Assembly: GCA_965248445.1 (NCBI GenBank)
Contig: CBDFJG010000004.1
Coordinates: 1,440,001-1,504,000, forward strand
DNA from: Planctomycetota bacterium
GTDB lineage: Bacteria > Planctomycetota > JAJSAM01 > JAJVHW01
DNA: 64,000 nt
Reading direction: 5' to 3'
The notes beneath the pieces were generated by a model, which was not told the DNA's origin, made no database searches, and saw only the letters and a program-made list of their open reading frames with translations. Shown here one piece after another: positions 38,813 through 48,666 of the stretch. Made by a program: the position numbers and the translations under genes. Position 1 is the first letter of the stretch; every line of letters begins with the position of its first letter.

Positions 38813-39869
38813 ATGAGACGCATCCTGATCGGACTCGCCCTCGCGGCGGCCATCGTGACCTCCGCTCCCGTGGTGCACGCCGCGGACAAGAGGGAGATCC
38901 CGGCCGACGTCGATTCGAAGGCTCTCAAGAGCGCCCAGGAGAGCTTCAAGCGCGGATTCGACACCGCCGACATCGAGTTCAAGCTGCGCGCGCTCACGAA
39001 GTACTCCAAGGTCCAGCACAAGACCATCGGCAAGGCGCTGATCAAGATGCTGAAGAGCAAGGACCAGTACGTTCGCGCCGGCGCCGCGAAGGGGCTCTCC
39101 TACCAGCTCTCGTCGGTGAAGTCCGCGGGCCCTAAGCTGAAGAAGCTCGCCGAGACGCAACGACGAGGAGCCGCGGGTCTTGAAGGCGGCCGTGCAGTCC
39201 ATCGGTGTGCTGGACTACCGCAGGGGCACCGAGGCGCCCGAGAAGCTCAGCTTTCACGATGACGACGGAGTCGTGATCGAGGTGATGAAGGTGTTCGGCG
39301 CATGGAAGGACCCCGAGTCCCTCGGCACCATGCGGAAGTTCTTCGATAAGTGGCCCGACGAGAAGGGCTTCATCACCGTCTCGGTGACCGTGGACACCGG
39401 GACAGCCGGTAGCGGCGACCAGACGGCGGCCACGGCGCAGGGCACGGGCATGCTCGCCGCGCACAAGGGCTGGCGCCCGCGTCCGAAGTGCACCGAGGCG
39501 TTGCGCAATGCGGCCAAGGAGATCACCGGCTTCGGATTCCGCCGTCCGAAGGACCTGGTCGACTACCTGAACGACCCGAAGAAGTACGTGGATCCCGAGA
39601 CGGTTGCGGAGCGCGTGGACGAGGACAAGCGCAAGGCGATCTTCGTCGAGTGGGCCGCGGCGAAGAAGACTGCGACGGACCACGCGTCAGAAGAGGTCAC
39701 CGGTGACGATCCTGCAGATGGTGAGCGCCGAGCGAAGGCCTACGGGCGGCGTCTCTACGACATGCGCGACGACATGCTCGAGGCACACACGCTGAAGCTG
39801 TCGGAACTCGACGTGATCATCGAGGAAGGCGAAGAGAAGAAGTGGCCCACGGGGCAGCCCGACGAGTAG
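38813..39869 (+). CDS. Secreted HEAT-repeat-like protein (apparent frameshift near 39155)
   Basis: SD GGAGG, signal peptide, repeats DQYVRAGAAKGL and DEEPRVLKAAVQSIG. Split over two frames (38813-39262 and 39180-39869). Confidence 0.65.
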
Positions 39870-39875
39870 TCGGCC

Positions 39876-40506
39876 GTGAGCGCCGTTTCGAGACGCGTAC
39901 TCGGCGTCGCCGGTGGATCGGCATCCGGTAAGGGCACCCTGATCGCAGCCCTCGTCGACTCCGATCTCGGATCACGCGTGACGGTTGTCGAATGCGATCG
40001 GTACTACCTCGGCATGCCGGGCGTCCCGCTCGACACGAGCGGTGACGGCAACTTCGACCACCCGGATTCGCTCGACGTCGCACTGATGGTCGAGCACGTC
40101 AGCGCGTTTGCGCGGCGGATCGGCGGTGGACCTCCCGAAGTACAGCTTCGCCGCGCAGTCGAGGCTGCCCGAGGTGCAGCGCACGTCGTCGCGCGATCTC
40201 ATCGTCGTGGACGGGATCCTCTCTCTTCGGCTCGCGCCGCTGCGCCCGGTGTACGACGGCTCGGTCCATGTGGATGCGCCCGCGGACCAGCGATACCGCC
40301 GCCGCATCGCCCGCGACGTCCGCGAGCGCGGCCGGCCGCAGGCGGATGTCGAGCGCCAGTGGACGGCGACCGTGGTGCCGATGCACGAGAAGCACGTAGC
40401 ACCGAGCCGGGAGCACGCCGCGCACGTCATCGACTGCCGCGACGGCCGCCGGGACGAAGCCGTCCACGAGTTCCTCGCGATCGCGCGTGCGTTGCTTCCG
40501 CGCTGA
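39876..40506 (+). CDS. udk: Uridine kinase (apparent +1 frameshift in TTT run near 40107)
   Basis: GVAGGSASGKGT, DRYY, NFDHPDSLD; after the shift LPKYSF, VDGIL, RRIARDVRERGR, VVPMHEKHVAPS. Confidence 0.8.
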
Positions 40507-42150
40507 CTAGGACGCTGCGACGTCGGTCAGGGTCGCGTCGAGCAGATCGATTGCCTCGAGGACCTCGCGCGCCAGGACGTCGGTCAGGAACAGCAGCCGG
40601 ATGGCGGCGACGTCGCCCTTGCGCCCGCAGCCGAGGAGCTTCAATCCGTGCCGCCACGCCGACTGTACGACGTCGTGGCGGCGCCTGACCGAGATGCGCG
40701 CCATGCCGCCGCGCACGATGTACGACTCGACGAGTCCCGCGTGCCGCTCGGCCAGGAGCGCTAGGCCCTGCTCGATCAGCTTGCCCTTGAGCATCTGATT
40801 CTCGGGTAGCGAACGTCCGTCGAACAGCGGGTTGTCAGGTCGCGTCAGAACGTGCAGCACGGCGTACGCGACCTGGTTGTCGAGGATGCGGCCACCGCCC
40901 CACGTGTTGGAGTGCCAGCCGCCGTGCAGCAGGTCTCCGAGTTCGCCGCGGGCCACCATCGCGCCGGTGAACAGGCCTTTTGCCAGCGCCATTGCGTCCG
41001 GCGTCACCCCGAGTTGCTCACCGAAGAAGAGTGTCCCGGTGCGCGCGAACGTCTGCACCTCGTCCAGCATGAACAGACCGCCGTGGCGGCGGCAGGTCGC
41101 CTGCATGTCCGCTGCGAACTCCGGGGTCGCCGGCACGTAGCCGCCCTCGCCCTGGAACGGCTCTATGATGAGGCCGGCGAACAGACAGGCCGGTACGCGT
41201 CCCGAATCGATGACGCGCTTCAGTTCGCCGGGCGTGTCGAGGAGTTCGTTCACCGAACGCGCATCGATCAGTTCCTCGAGCGTGCCGGTGGGGGAGTTCA
41301 GCCGGATGTGGCGCACCCAGCGCAGTCGCGGATAGCCGACCTTCTGCGACTTCTTGCTCGCGGTGACCGACAGACTGCCCATCGTGCGGCCGTGGAACGC
41401 GGACTCGAGCCCGATCAGGAAGAACGGGTAGTCCTCGTACACGGTCTCGTCCCGGCTGGGGTCGCCGTCGAGCGGCCGGAAGGGGCGGATGCCGAGTGCG
41501 TCCATCACGCGGGCGAGCGTCTCCTCGCCGTGCGCCGCGAGGAACCGCTTGTAGCGGACCATGCACGCCAGCTTCAGGCACGCCTCGACCGACTCGGTTC
41601 CCGAGTTCGTGAAGAACGACTTCCAGTCACCGCTGTCCGGGTAGCTCCGCCCCACGGTCTCGTTCAGCAGCGCCGCCACGTCCTGCGGCATGTGCAGGCC
41701 CGCCGTGTGCGGTGCCGGGCGCAGGTAGTCGTCGGTGTTGATCTCGCGGTGCACCAGGAGTCCGTACGAGCCGAGCGTCGCGACGGCGGCCTGGATGACC
41801 GGGTTGCGCTCGTCGACGATCCGCTGCGCGACACCCAGCACCAGATCGAGGTGCACGCCGCGCGAGTCGAGCACGTAGTGGCCCGACGTGGGCCAACCGA
41901 GTTCGAGCACCGGCGAGTCCGGATCGAGCGTCGTCGTGAAGACGGCCGCGCGGTGTTCGTCCCGCGTGGACTCGGCATCCGTGGGCTCGTCGCCGGCGGT
42001 GGCGCGCGCCGTCGACCGGTTGAGCGAATGGCCGCCGATCTCGACGTCGGGGATCAGGCGCCTTGCGCGCTCGGTTTCGGCCTCGAAGTCATAACCGTCG
42101 ATCGACGTCGGGAGGGAGGCGGAGAGTGGACGGGTCTGTGTGTCGGACAT
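40507..42150 (-). CDS. Class III PLP aminotransferase, unusually long (547 aa)
   Basis: FFTNSGTESVEACLK, AFHGRTMGSLS, IIEPFQGEGG, DEVQT, LAKG, SNTWGG. Confidence 0.88.
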   Translation of the reverse strand: MSDTQTRPLSASLPTSIDGYDFEAETERARRLIPDVEIGGHSLNRSTARATAGDEPTDAESTRDEHRAAVFTTTLDPDSPVLELGWPTSGHYVLDSRGVHLDLVLGVAQRIVDERNPVIQAAVATLGSYGLLVHREINTDDYLRPAPHTAGLHMPQDVAALLNETVGRSYPDSGDWKSFFTNSGTESVEACLKLACMVRYKRFLAAHGEETLARVMDALGIRPFRPLDGDPSRDETVYEDYPFFLIGLESAFHGRTMGSLSVTASKKSQKVGYPRLRWVRHIRLNSPTGTLEELIDARSVNELLDTPGELKRVIDSGRVPACLFAGLIIEPFQGEGGYVPATPEFAADMQATCRRHGGLFMLDEVQTFARTGTLFFGEQLGVTPDAMALAKGLFTGAMVARGELGDLLHGGWHSNTWGGGRILDNQVAYAVLHVLTRPDNPLFDGRSLPENQMLKGKLIEQGLALLAERHAGLVESYIVRGGMARISVRRRHDVVQSAWRHGLKLLGCGRKGDVAAIRLLFLTDVLAREVLEAIDLLDATLTDVAAS

Positions 42151-42227
42151 CCCCGCAGGCTAGCCGTCGGGAGAGGGGGGCCCGACGAAGGGCGGACGAA
42201 CCTCGGACTTCGCGGGCGGGGCAGCGC

Positions 42228-42704
42228 CTACGCGAAGACGAACTCGTCCTTGGCGATGCGGCGCTCGCAGTAGTGGCAGCGCAGCGTTGTGTCCGGATCG
42301 TGGGCCTCGACGTTGAAGCGCGTCTCCAGGCGATCGTGGTTGCTGATGCAGTTGGGGTTGGGGCAGCGCAGGATGCCGCTGAACTGATCGGGAAGGCCCA
42401 CGCGCACCTTGTCCACGACCTCGAAGTCCTTGATCGTCGCGACCGTGACCTCGGTCCCGAAGATCGCGAGGCTCTGGACCTGCTCCGGGGTCAGCACGAC
42501 CGACTCGAGCTTCAGGATGTCCTTGCGCCCCAGCTTGGTGCTCCGGAGGTTGATCCCCAGCAGCGCCGCGTGGTGCGCCGGGATGCCCAGGAACTCGAGT
42601 GCCTTGAGCGCCATTCCGGGGCTCAGGTGGTCGATCACCGTGCCCTCCCCGAGCGACGAGACCTTCTGCTCTCGGGTCTGCTTCTCGATCTCTGCGTTGC
42701 TCAT
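42228..42704 (-). CDS. pyrI: Aspartate carbamoyltransferase regulatory chain
   Basis: GTVIDHL, KDILKLE, CPNPNCISN, CHYCER. ATGA-coupled to pyrB. Confidence 0.95.
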   Translation of the reverse strand: MSNAEIEKQTREQKVSSLGEGTVIDHLSPGMALKALEFLGIPAHHAALLGINLRSTKLGRKDILKLESVVLTPEQVQSLAIFGTEVTVATIKDFEVVDKVRVGLPDQFSGILRCPNPNCISNHDRLETRFNVEAHDPDTTLRCHYCERRIAKDEFVFA

Positions 42705-43657
42705 TCCGGTAGTGCTCCCAAGAGCAGCGAGAGAAGGGCCTTGCGCACGGTCACCCCGTTCTTCGCTTGTTCGAAGTACGCCGCTTGCGGGGAGGAGTCG
42801 ATGGCCGGATCCACCTCGGTCACCCGCGGCAGAGGGTGCATGACGACCATCTTCGAGTTCCGCTCGAGAGTGGAGAGACCGACCGTATAGGCGTTCTTCA
42901 CGCGCTCGTAGTCGAGCGGGTCCCCGAAGCGTTCCTGCTGGATGCGCGTCACGTAGAGGACGTCCAGCCCCTCGACGGCGCTCGCGAGGTCGGACGTCTC
43001 CGTGAACGTGCACCCCACTGACTCGAGTTCCTCGCGGCGGCGTGCCGGCAGACGAAGCGCCTCCGGCGCGATCAGCACGAGCTCGTTGTCGCCGAGCAGC
43101 CCGCTCGCTTCGATGAGGCTGTGTGCGGCGCGACCGTGTTTCAGGTCGCCCAGGAACCCGATGCGCAGCCCGCTCACGCGATCGAGCCGACGGAGGATCG
43201 TGTAGAGGTCGAGCAGCGTCTGCGTGGGGTGCTGGTTCGCGCCGTCGCCGCCGTTGATCACCGGCTTGACCGTCGCCTCGGAGGCCGCGCGCGCGGCGCC
43301 CTCCTGCGGGTGCCGGATCACGATGAGGTCGCAATAGCCCTCGACCATGCGGATCGTGTCCTGGAGCGACTCTCCCTTGGACGCCGAGCTGATCCGCGCG
43401 TCCGCGAAGCCGATGCACGCGCCGCCCAGCCGGACCATGGCGCTCTCGAAGGACAGCCGCGTCCGCGTGGACGGTTCGAAGAACAGCGCGCCGAGAACGC
43501 GCCCCCGCAGGAGCGGTTCCTCGTACCCCTCGTAGTGACGGATGATCCCGAGAAGTGCGACGAGATCATCCGGACCGAACTGACGCACCGAGATGATGTC
43601 GCGGTGTGCCATGCGCGCGGCCAGCGCGCGCTCGTCGTCGCTCCAGGTCTCCGGCAT
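42701..43657 (-). CDS. pyrB: Aspartate carbamoyltransferase catalytic chain
   Basis: FFEPSTRTRLSFE, KGESLQDT, HPTQTLLDL, GDLKHGR, YVTRIQQERF, HPLPR. Confidence 0.97.
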   Translation of the reverse strand: MPETWSDDERALAARMAHRDIISVRQFGPDDLVALLGIIRHYEGYEEPLLRGRVLGALFFEPSTRTRLSFESAMVRLGGACIGFADARISSASKGESLQDTIRMVEGYCDLIVIRHPQEGAARAASEATVKPVINGGDGANQHPTQTLLDLYTILRRLDRVSGLRIGFLGDLKHGRAAHSLIEASGLLGDNELVLIAPEALRLPARRREELESVGCTFTETSDLASAVEGLDVLYVTRIQQERFGDPLDYERVKNAYTVGLSTLERNSKMVVMHPLPRVTEVDPAIDSSPQAAYFEQAKNGVTVRKALLSLLLGALPE

Positions 43658-43736
43658 CCGACCTCCGGCCGCGGACACTAACCGGAGACGACGGAGAGGG
43701 AGCGCGGAGAAACGCCCGGTGACGGTCCGGCCGCGC

Positions 43737-45365
43737 TCAGACGGCCGCAGGCTGGGCGGCGGTGACGCTCAGGCGCAGCGGCAGCTCGATCGTGAACCGG
43801 GCGCCCTCGCCCGGCCGCGTGTCGAGGGTCACGGAGCCGCCGTGCTCCTCGATGAGCTTCTTCGTGATCGCCAGGCCGAAGCCCGTGCCACGCGAGCCCT
43901 TGGTCGAGAAGAGCAGGTCGAAGACGCGCTCACGGTCCGCGGGGGGGATACCCGGGCCGTTGTCCTGCACCACGATCCGGACGAGGTCGCCGCTGCGGCT
44001 TGGCTCGGTGGCCACGCTGACAACGCCGACGTTGTCCGGCGCCGCGTCGATTCCGTTCGAGATGAGGTTCATCAGGCAGCGCTCGATCGACTGCGAGTCG
44101 AAGTAGAAGAGCTCGATGGTCGGATCGACCAGTTCGGTGATCTGGACGCTCTTCTCCTTGGCGTGGTCGCGCGAGAACGCGACGGCGGCCAGTACGACCT
44201 GGTTGATATCGCCCTGGGCCCAGCTCGGCTCGCGCGGCTTGCTGTAGTTCACCATGTCCTGCACGAGGCCGGCGATCGAGTCCTGACCGTGCTTGACCAC
44301 ATCCCACGCCTCGCGCAGGTCGGCATCGCTGTTTTCCTGCAACTGCGAGTCGAGGATGTAGATGCCGCCCTTCAGCGCCGTCAGCATGTTGCGGATGTCG
44401 TGGCCGAGGCCGGCGATCACCTGGCCGATGGCCGCCATGCGCGCCTGCTGCAGGTTGCGCTTGAACAGGCGGATGTTCTCGATACCGGTGCCGGCCACGA
44501 CACCGACCGTCGTGAGCACGTGCAGGTCGTCTTTGCCGAAGACACCGATCGAGAGCATCGTGTCGACGTAGAGCGCGCCGAGCGTCTTGCGCTTACCGCG
44601 GATCGGCACGCACATCGCCGAGCGGATGTTGTGCGCGATGATGCTCGCTCCGCTCGACAGGCGTGTGTCGGCGCCTGCGTCGGCGGTCAGGATCGACATG
44701 CCGCCGTCCACGACCTTCGACAGGATAGTGCGTGAGACGTGGATCTCGCTGGCGCTCGCATCCGCGGTCACTCGGGTGACCCGCGCCGTGGGAGCGCCGT
44801 CCTTGTCGACCAGGAGCAGGGCTCCACGGTCGGCCGGGAGCATCGTGAAGACGAGATCCATCAGCCGAGTCAGGAACCGGTCTTCGTCGCGCTCGGTCGA
44901 AAGCAGCGCGCCGACCTCGTGCAGCACGGCCAGGTTGCGCTGCGCTTTGGTCATGTTGCGCGAGGCCGGGTCGCCGGGACCCTGCATCTCGAGATCGCGG
45001 ATGGTGTCGATCTGCGCGCGAATCGTGGTGCGCGGGGAGGAGTCGATCTGGAAGTGACTCGCGTCGGCCGGCGCACGGACCTCGAGAACGCTGTTGCCGA
45101 CGACGATCTCCGCGCCGTGAGTCACGGTTTTCGAACCCACGACCGAGCGGCCGGACACGAACGTTCCGTTCTTCGAACCGAGGTCGGTCACCGTGACCTC
45201 GGTGCCGTCGATCTCGATGCGCGCGTGGCGGGAGCTCACCTTGCTGTCGCGCAGGACCAGGACGTTGTCCGGCGCGCGACCGATCGTGATCGGCTCGGAC
45301 GGCGACAAGGGCACGTGCTGGCCCTTGGACGGTCCGCGGGTCACGACGATCTTGCTGGCAGGCAC
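43737..45365 (-). CDS. Cytoplasmic FHA-GAF histidine kinase
   Basis: FHA (IGR...VSSRHA...DLGSKNGT), GAF (RSAMCVPI...LYVD), H-box GHDIRNML, NLISNG, DNGPGI, GTGFGL. Confidence 0.93.
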   Translation of the reverse strand: MPASKIVVTRGPSKGQHVPLSPSEPITIGRAPDNVLVLRDSKVSSRHARIEIDGTEVTVTDLGSKNGTFVSGRSVVGSKTVTHGAEIVVGNSVLEVRAPADASHFQIDSSPRTTIRAQIDTIRDLEMQGPGDPASRNMTKAQRNLAVLHEVGALLSTERDEDRFLTRLMDLVFTMLPADRGALLLVDKDGAPTARVTRVTADASASEIHVSRTILSKVVDGGMSILTADAGADTRLSSGASIIAHNIRSAMCVPIRGKRKTLGALYVDTMLSIGVFGKDDLHVLTTVGVVAGTGIENIRLFKRNLQQARMAAIGQVIAGLGHDIRNMLTALKGGIYILDSQLQENSDADLREAWDVVKHGQDSIAGLVQDMVNYSKPREPSWAQGDINQVVLAAVAFSRDHAKEKSVQITELVDPTIELFYFDSQSIERCLMNLISNGIDAAPDNVGVVSVATEPSRSGDLVRIVVQDNGPGIPPADRERVFDLLFSTKGSRGTGFGLAITKKLIEEHGGSVTLDTRPGEGARFTIELPLRLSVTAAQPAAV

Positions 45366-45556
45366 GTTGATCCCTCTCGCTCGCGCACCCGAGGGCCGAG
45401 TAGCGCTGACGGAGACCTATCGGTCAGGCAGGGCCCGAGGCTGAAGGGAGGCCGGTCCCGGGGATCGGCGGGGGTGACATGGCAACGGCGGGCCGGAGGC
45501 GGCCCGCCAGGAGATTTCGAGGCTGCGCGTCACCTTTAGAGAACGCCTGGAACGAA

Positions 45557-46702
45557 CTAGAACGCCGGTGGATCGAACTCCCAGTCCCTCCGGCGCTCCT
45601 CCTCGGCGTCGCCGAGGGGTTGGTTCTGCGCGGGACGGGCGGCGTCGATCTCGTCGGGTGGTAGGCGGTTCACGATGATCTCGTCATCGATGAACGCGCG
45701 CTCCGGCGGTGCGACGTCGACCGTCTCAGCGACCAGTGGCGAATCTGCCGCGGGCGCGCCTTCCGGCATCCGGATCCACGCCTCGCCAGGCGCCGGCTCG
45801 TCGGCCACCGGTGCGGGGACCTCCCGGATGATCGGCTGCACCACCGGCACCACTACAGGGACACTGGTGTCGTCGAGCGGCAGCCCGAGGACTTCGCGCC
45901 CGAGCTGCAGGTAGTCCTTCGCGCCGTTGCACTTCGGCTCGTAGCTGAAGATGGTCTTGCCGTGACTCGGTGACTCCGCCAGCTTCACGTTCTTGCGGAT
46001 CTCCGTCTCGGTGACGATTTCTCCGAAGTACTCGCGCACTTCCGCAATCACGTCCCGCGCGAGCGTCGTGCGCCGGTCCACCATGCACGGCACGACCATC
46101 GAGAGACGCAGTCCGCGGTTCAGCCGCTGCACGGCCTTGACGGACTCGAGAATCCCCGCCACTCCTTGCAGCGCGAAGAACTCGGTCTGGATCGGCAGCA
46201 GCACTTCGTTGGCCGCACAGAGCGCGTTCATCGTGAGCGTGCCGAGCGAGGGCGGGCAGTCGATCAGCACGAAGTCCGTGCCGCGATCTTTCGCTTCGTC
46301 GCTGTCCACCTTCACGCCGCCGCCGGCCTCGAAGAAGGGCACCGGCCCGTCCAGGTACTCGTCGAGCGCCTCGCGGAGCACCAGCTCGCGCCCCACGGTG
46401 GAGGCCAGCTGGATCTCTGCGTTGGCGAGCGCGAGCGTCGACGGCACCACCCGGAGTCCGGGTGTGTCCGTTTCTTGCACCGACTCCGTCAGGCCGTGGC
46501 GACCCAGCAGGAGCGAGTACGTGGTCTTGGTCAACTCGTGCGGCTCGAGACCGACATGGACCGTCAGGTTGGCCTGCGGGTCCATGTCGACCAGCAGGAC
46601 GCGCTGGCCGAGCAGCGCGAGCGCTGCCCCTAGGTTGACGGTGGACGTCGTCTTTCCGACGCCGCCCTTCTGGTTGAGCACAGCAATGATGCGAGTAGCC
46701 AT
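45557..46702 (-). CDS. parA: ParA/Soj-family ATPase with internal insert and acidic C-terminal tail
   Basis: NQKGGVGKTT, DMDPQAN, IDCPPSLG, QTEFFALQG, LAESPSHG. Confidence 0.92.
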   Translation of the reverse strand: MATRIIAVLNQKGGVGKTTSTVNLGAALALLGQRVLLVDMDPQANLTVHVGLEPHELTKTTYSLLLGRHGLTESVQETDTPGLRVVPSTLALANAEIQLASTVGRELVLREALDEYLDGPVPFFEAGGGVKVDSDEAKDRGTDFVLIDCPPSLGTLTMNALCAANEVLLPIQTEFFALQGVAGILESVKAVQRLNRGLRLSMVVPCMVDRRTTLARDVIAEVREYFGEIVTETEIRKNVKLAESPSHGKTIFSYEPKCNGAKDYLQLGREVLGLPLDDTSVPVVVPVVQPIIREVPAPVADEPAPGEAWIRMPEGAPAADSPLVAETVDVAPPERAFIDDEIIVNRLPPDEIDAARPAQNQPLGDAEEERRRDWEFDPPAF

Positions 46703-46870
46703 GGCCTCGAAAAACTAGCAGCCCCCGGGGACGAGGATCGGGCGGCGGGGTGTCGCCGGCGCCTGACGGGTCGGGCGCGGTGATTCCGCGTGGCGAAGCG
46801 GTGTCCTGTACGGGTCGCGGGCTCGCGACGCTCCGATCTTGGGGGTCCCCGAGCATACATTCCCGCGTGG

Positions 46871-48610
46871 ATGTCAGGCCAACCCGATCCCGATGCGGAC
46901 GACCCCTCGGATCCGGGCTGGGGAGGCTCCCCTGGGGACGGCCGTGCCGGCCGGCCGGCCCGGCCCGGCGGGAGTGGTGGGGCTGGGTGGAATGGTGGGG
47001 CCGGCGGGAAGGGCGGTCTGCGGGCGCGTCTGAAGCGGGTCCGCGCCTCCGGGGACCGGCGGGCCACATCGGGCCTCCTCGAACTCCTGCGCGACGCGGA
47101 CCTCGACATCCGGTCGCTCGATGCGCTCTGCTCCACGCTGACGTCGCTCGAGGACCTCCGCGCGGTTCCGGCGCTCGAGAGCCTCCTGTCCGACCGGACA
47201 CAGAGCCCGATCCGGCGCGAAGTGGCCCTCGAGATCCTGGCCGGACTCCCGCGGACCGATCCGCCGCCGGCGCAGGTGCGCGCCTGGGTCGTGGACCCCG
47301 ACCCGATCCTGCGGGCCCATGGCGCCACGTTCCTCGACGCTCCGGACGCCGACCTGCTGGCGCCTCTGTTCCACGATCCACATGCTGTGGTTCGCCGCGC
47401 GGCCGCCCGGTCGCTGATGGGCCTGGTGCGCACACCGCTTCTCGTCGGGGCGACGAAGCGCGCCCTCGCCGACGATGATCCGGTCGTGCGCGAGTGGGCC
47501 TGCCAGGCGGCCTACATGGACGAGCCGATGCCGCTGCTGTTCGACGTGGCGCGCCTGCTCCGCGACCCCGAGCCGGCGGTGCGCCAGGCGGCCACCGACG
47601 CGATCGAGGAGTTCCCGTGCGTCTCCGCCATCCTCGCGCTGGCCGACGTGCGCTACGCGCGGGAGGGTGTTGAGGTAGCGAAGGAGACCGCGGAGGCCGA
47701 CCAGGCGCTCTCGGCGCTGCTCGGCACGGTGACCCGCGCGGTCGCCACATGTGGCTCGCGCGTCGCGGACCGGCTTGCGCGCTGGATGGCTCCGGCGGCA
47801 TGGCTGCTCGAGCGCTATGCGGGGCGGCTGGACGGCGAGGCCATGGCCGTCACGACGGAGACTGCGCGTGATGGCGAGTGCGCACGCACGTTCGCGCGAC
47901 CGGAGCGTCCGGACGTGGACCTCGAGCAGGCGCGCGAAGTTCTGCTCGATCCGGACGCCCCCGCGCGTGCGCAGCGCGACTTGCTCACCGCGTTCGACTG
48001 GGCTGAGTCGGGGCCGGAGGGCTGTCACGTCCTGTGCCGCAGCGAGCCGGTGCTCGACGGCTTCCGCACGCGACGCGGGCTGACGAGCGCGTTCGGCGAC
48101 CTGGCGTGCCGCGGTGACGAGATCGCGCGGGCGCGACTGGTGGACTTGGCGGCGGACGACGACTCCGCGGTGCGTCACGCCGCGATCTCCTCGTTCGTGC
48201 GCGTGAGAGACAGGGCGGTGCTCCCCGCAGCGCTCGACACGCTTGCCGACGAACGTCACCGGCCGCTCGCCGGCGACGTTGCGCTCAGCGCCGTGGTCGC
48301 GCTGGGGGATCAGGACACGGCGGCAAGCGCCGTGCGCGCGGAGCTGGATCGCGACGATGTCGATGGCCTGCGGCTGGGCGCGATCCACCAGGCTGAGTGT
48401 CTCGGCCTCTCGTCCGCGATCCCGTCGCTCGAGCGCATCGTCGAAGCACCGGTCGTCGCGGGCGTCGCGTGCCATGTGGCGTCCCTGCGCACCCTCCGCG
48501 GACTCGGCCACAGCACCGTCCCCGACGTCACGCACCTCGCCGACCTGGACCACCTGGACGTGCAACGCGAGATGGGCGCCTGGGGCATCCGCGGCGCCCG
48601 CTACGGGTAG
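46871..48610 (+). CDS. HEAT-repeat protein
   Basis: Repeats DPDPILRAHGA, DPHAVVRRAAA, DDDPVVREWAC, DPEPAVRQAAT, DDDSAVRHAAI. Confidence 0.85.
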   Translation: MSGQPDPDADDPSDPGWGGSPGDGRAGRPARPGGSGGAGWNGGAGGKGGLRARLKRVRASGDRRATSGLLELLRDADLDIRSLDALCSTLTSLEDLRAVPALESLLSDRTQSPIRREVALEILAGLPRTDPPPAQVRAWVVDPDPILRAHGATFLDAPDADLLAPLFHDPHAVVRRAAARSLMGLVRTPLLVGATKRALADDDPVVREWACQAAYMDEPMPLLFDVARLLRDPEPAVRQAATDAIEEFPCVSAILALADVRYAREGVEVAKETAEADQALSALLGTVTRAVATCGSRVADRLARWMAPAAWLLERYAGRLDGEAMAVTTETARDGECARTFARPERPDVDLEQAREVLLDPDAPARAQRDLLTAFDWAESGPEGCHVLCRSEPVLDGFRTRRGLTSAFGDLACRGDEIARARLVDLAADDDSAVRHAAISSFVRVRDRAVLPAALDTLADERHRPLAGDVALSAVVALGDQDTAASAVRAELDRDDVDGLRLGAIHQAECLGLSSAIPSLERIVEAPVVAGVACHVASLRTLRGLGHSTVPDVTHLADLDHLDVQREMGAWGIRGARYG

Positions 48611-48624
48611 GGACGCAATCCCCT

Positions 48625-48650
48625 GTAGGGGCGGGCCGCCGCGCCCGCCC
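48625..48650 (+). repeat. GTAG-type REP palindrome
   Basis: GTAG-GGGCGGGC-CGCCGC-GCCCGCCC between convergent genes. Confidence 0.65.
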
Positions 48651-48666
48651 GATCGCGATGTTCTGA

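Noticed and set aside
42228..43657. pyrBI as further evidence of archaeal gene transfer
   Set aside because: pyrI also occurs in many bacteria; origin cannot be judged without a tree.
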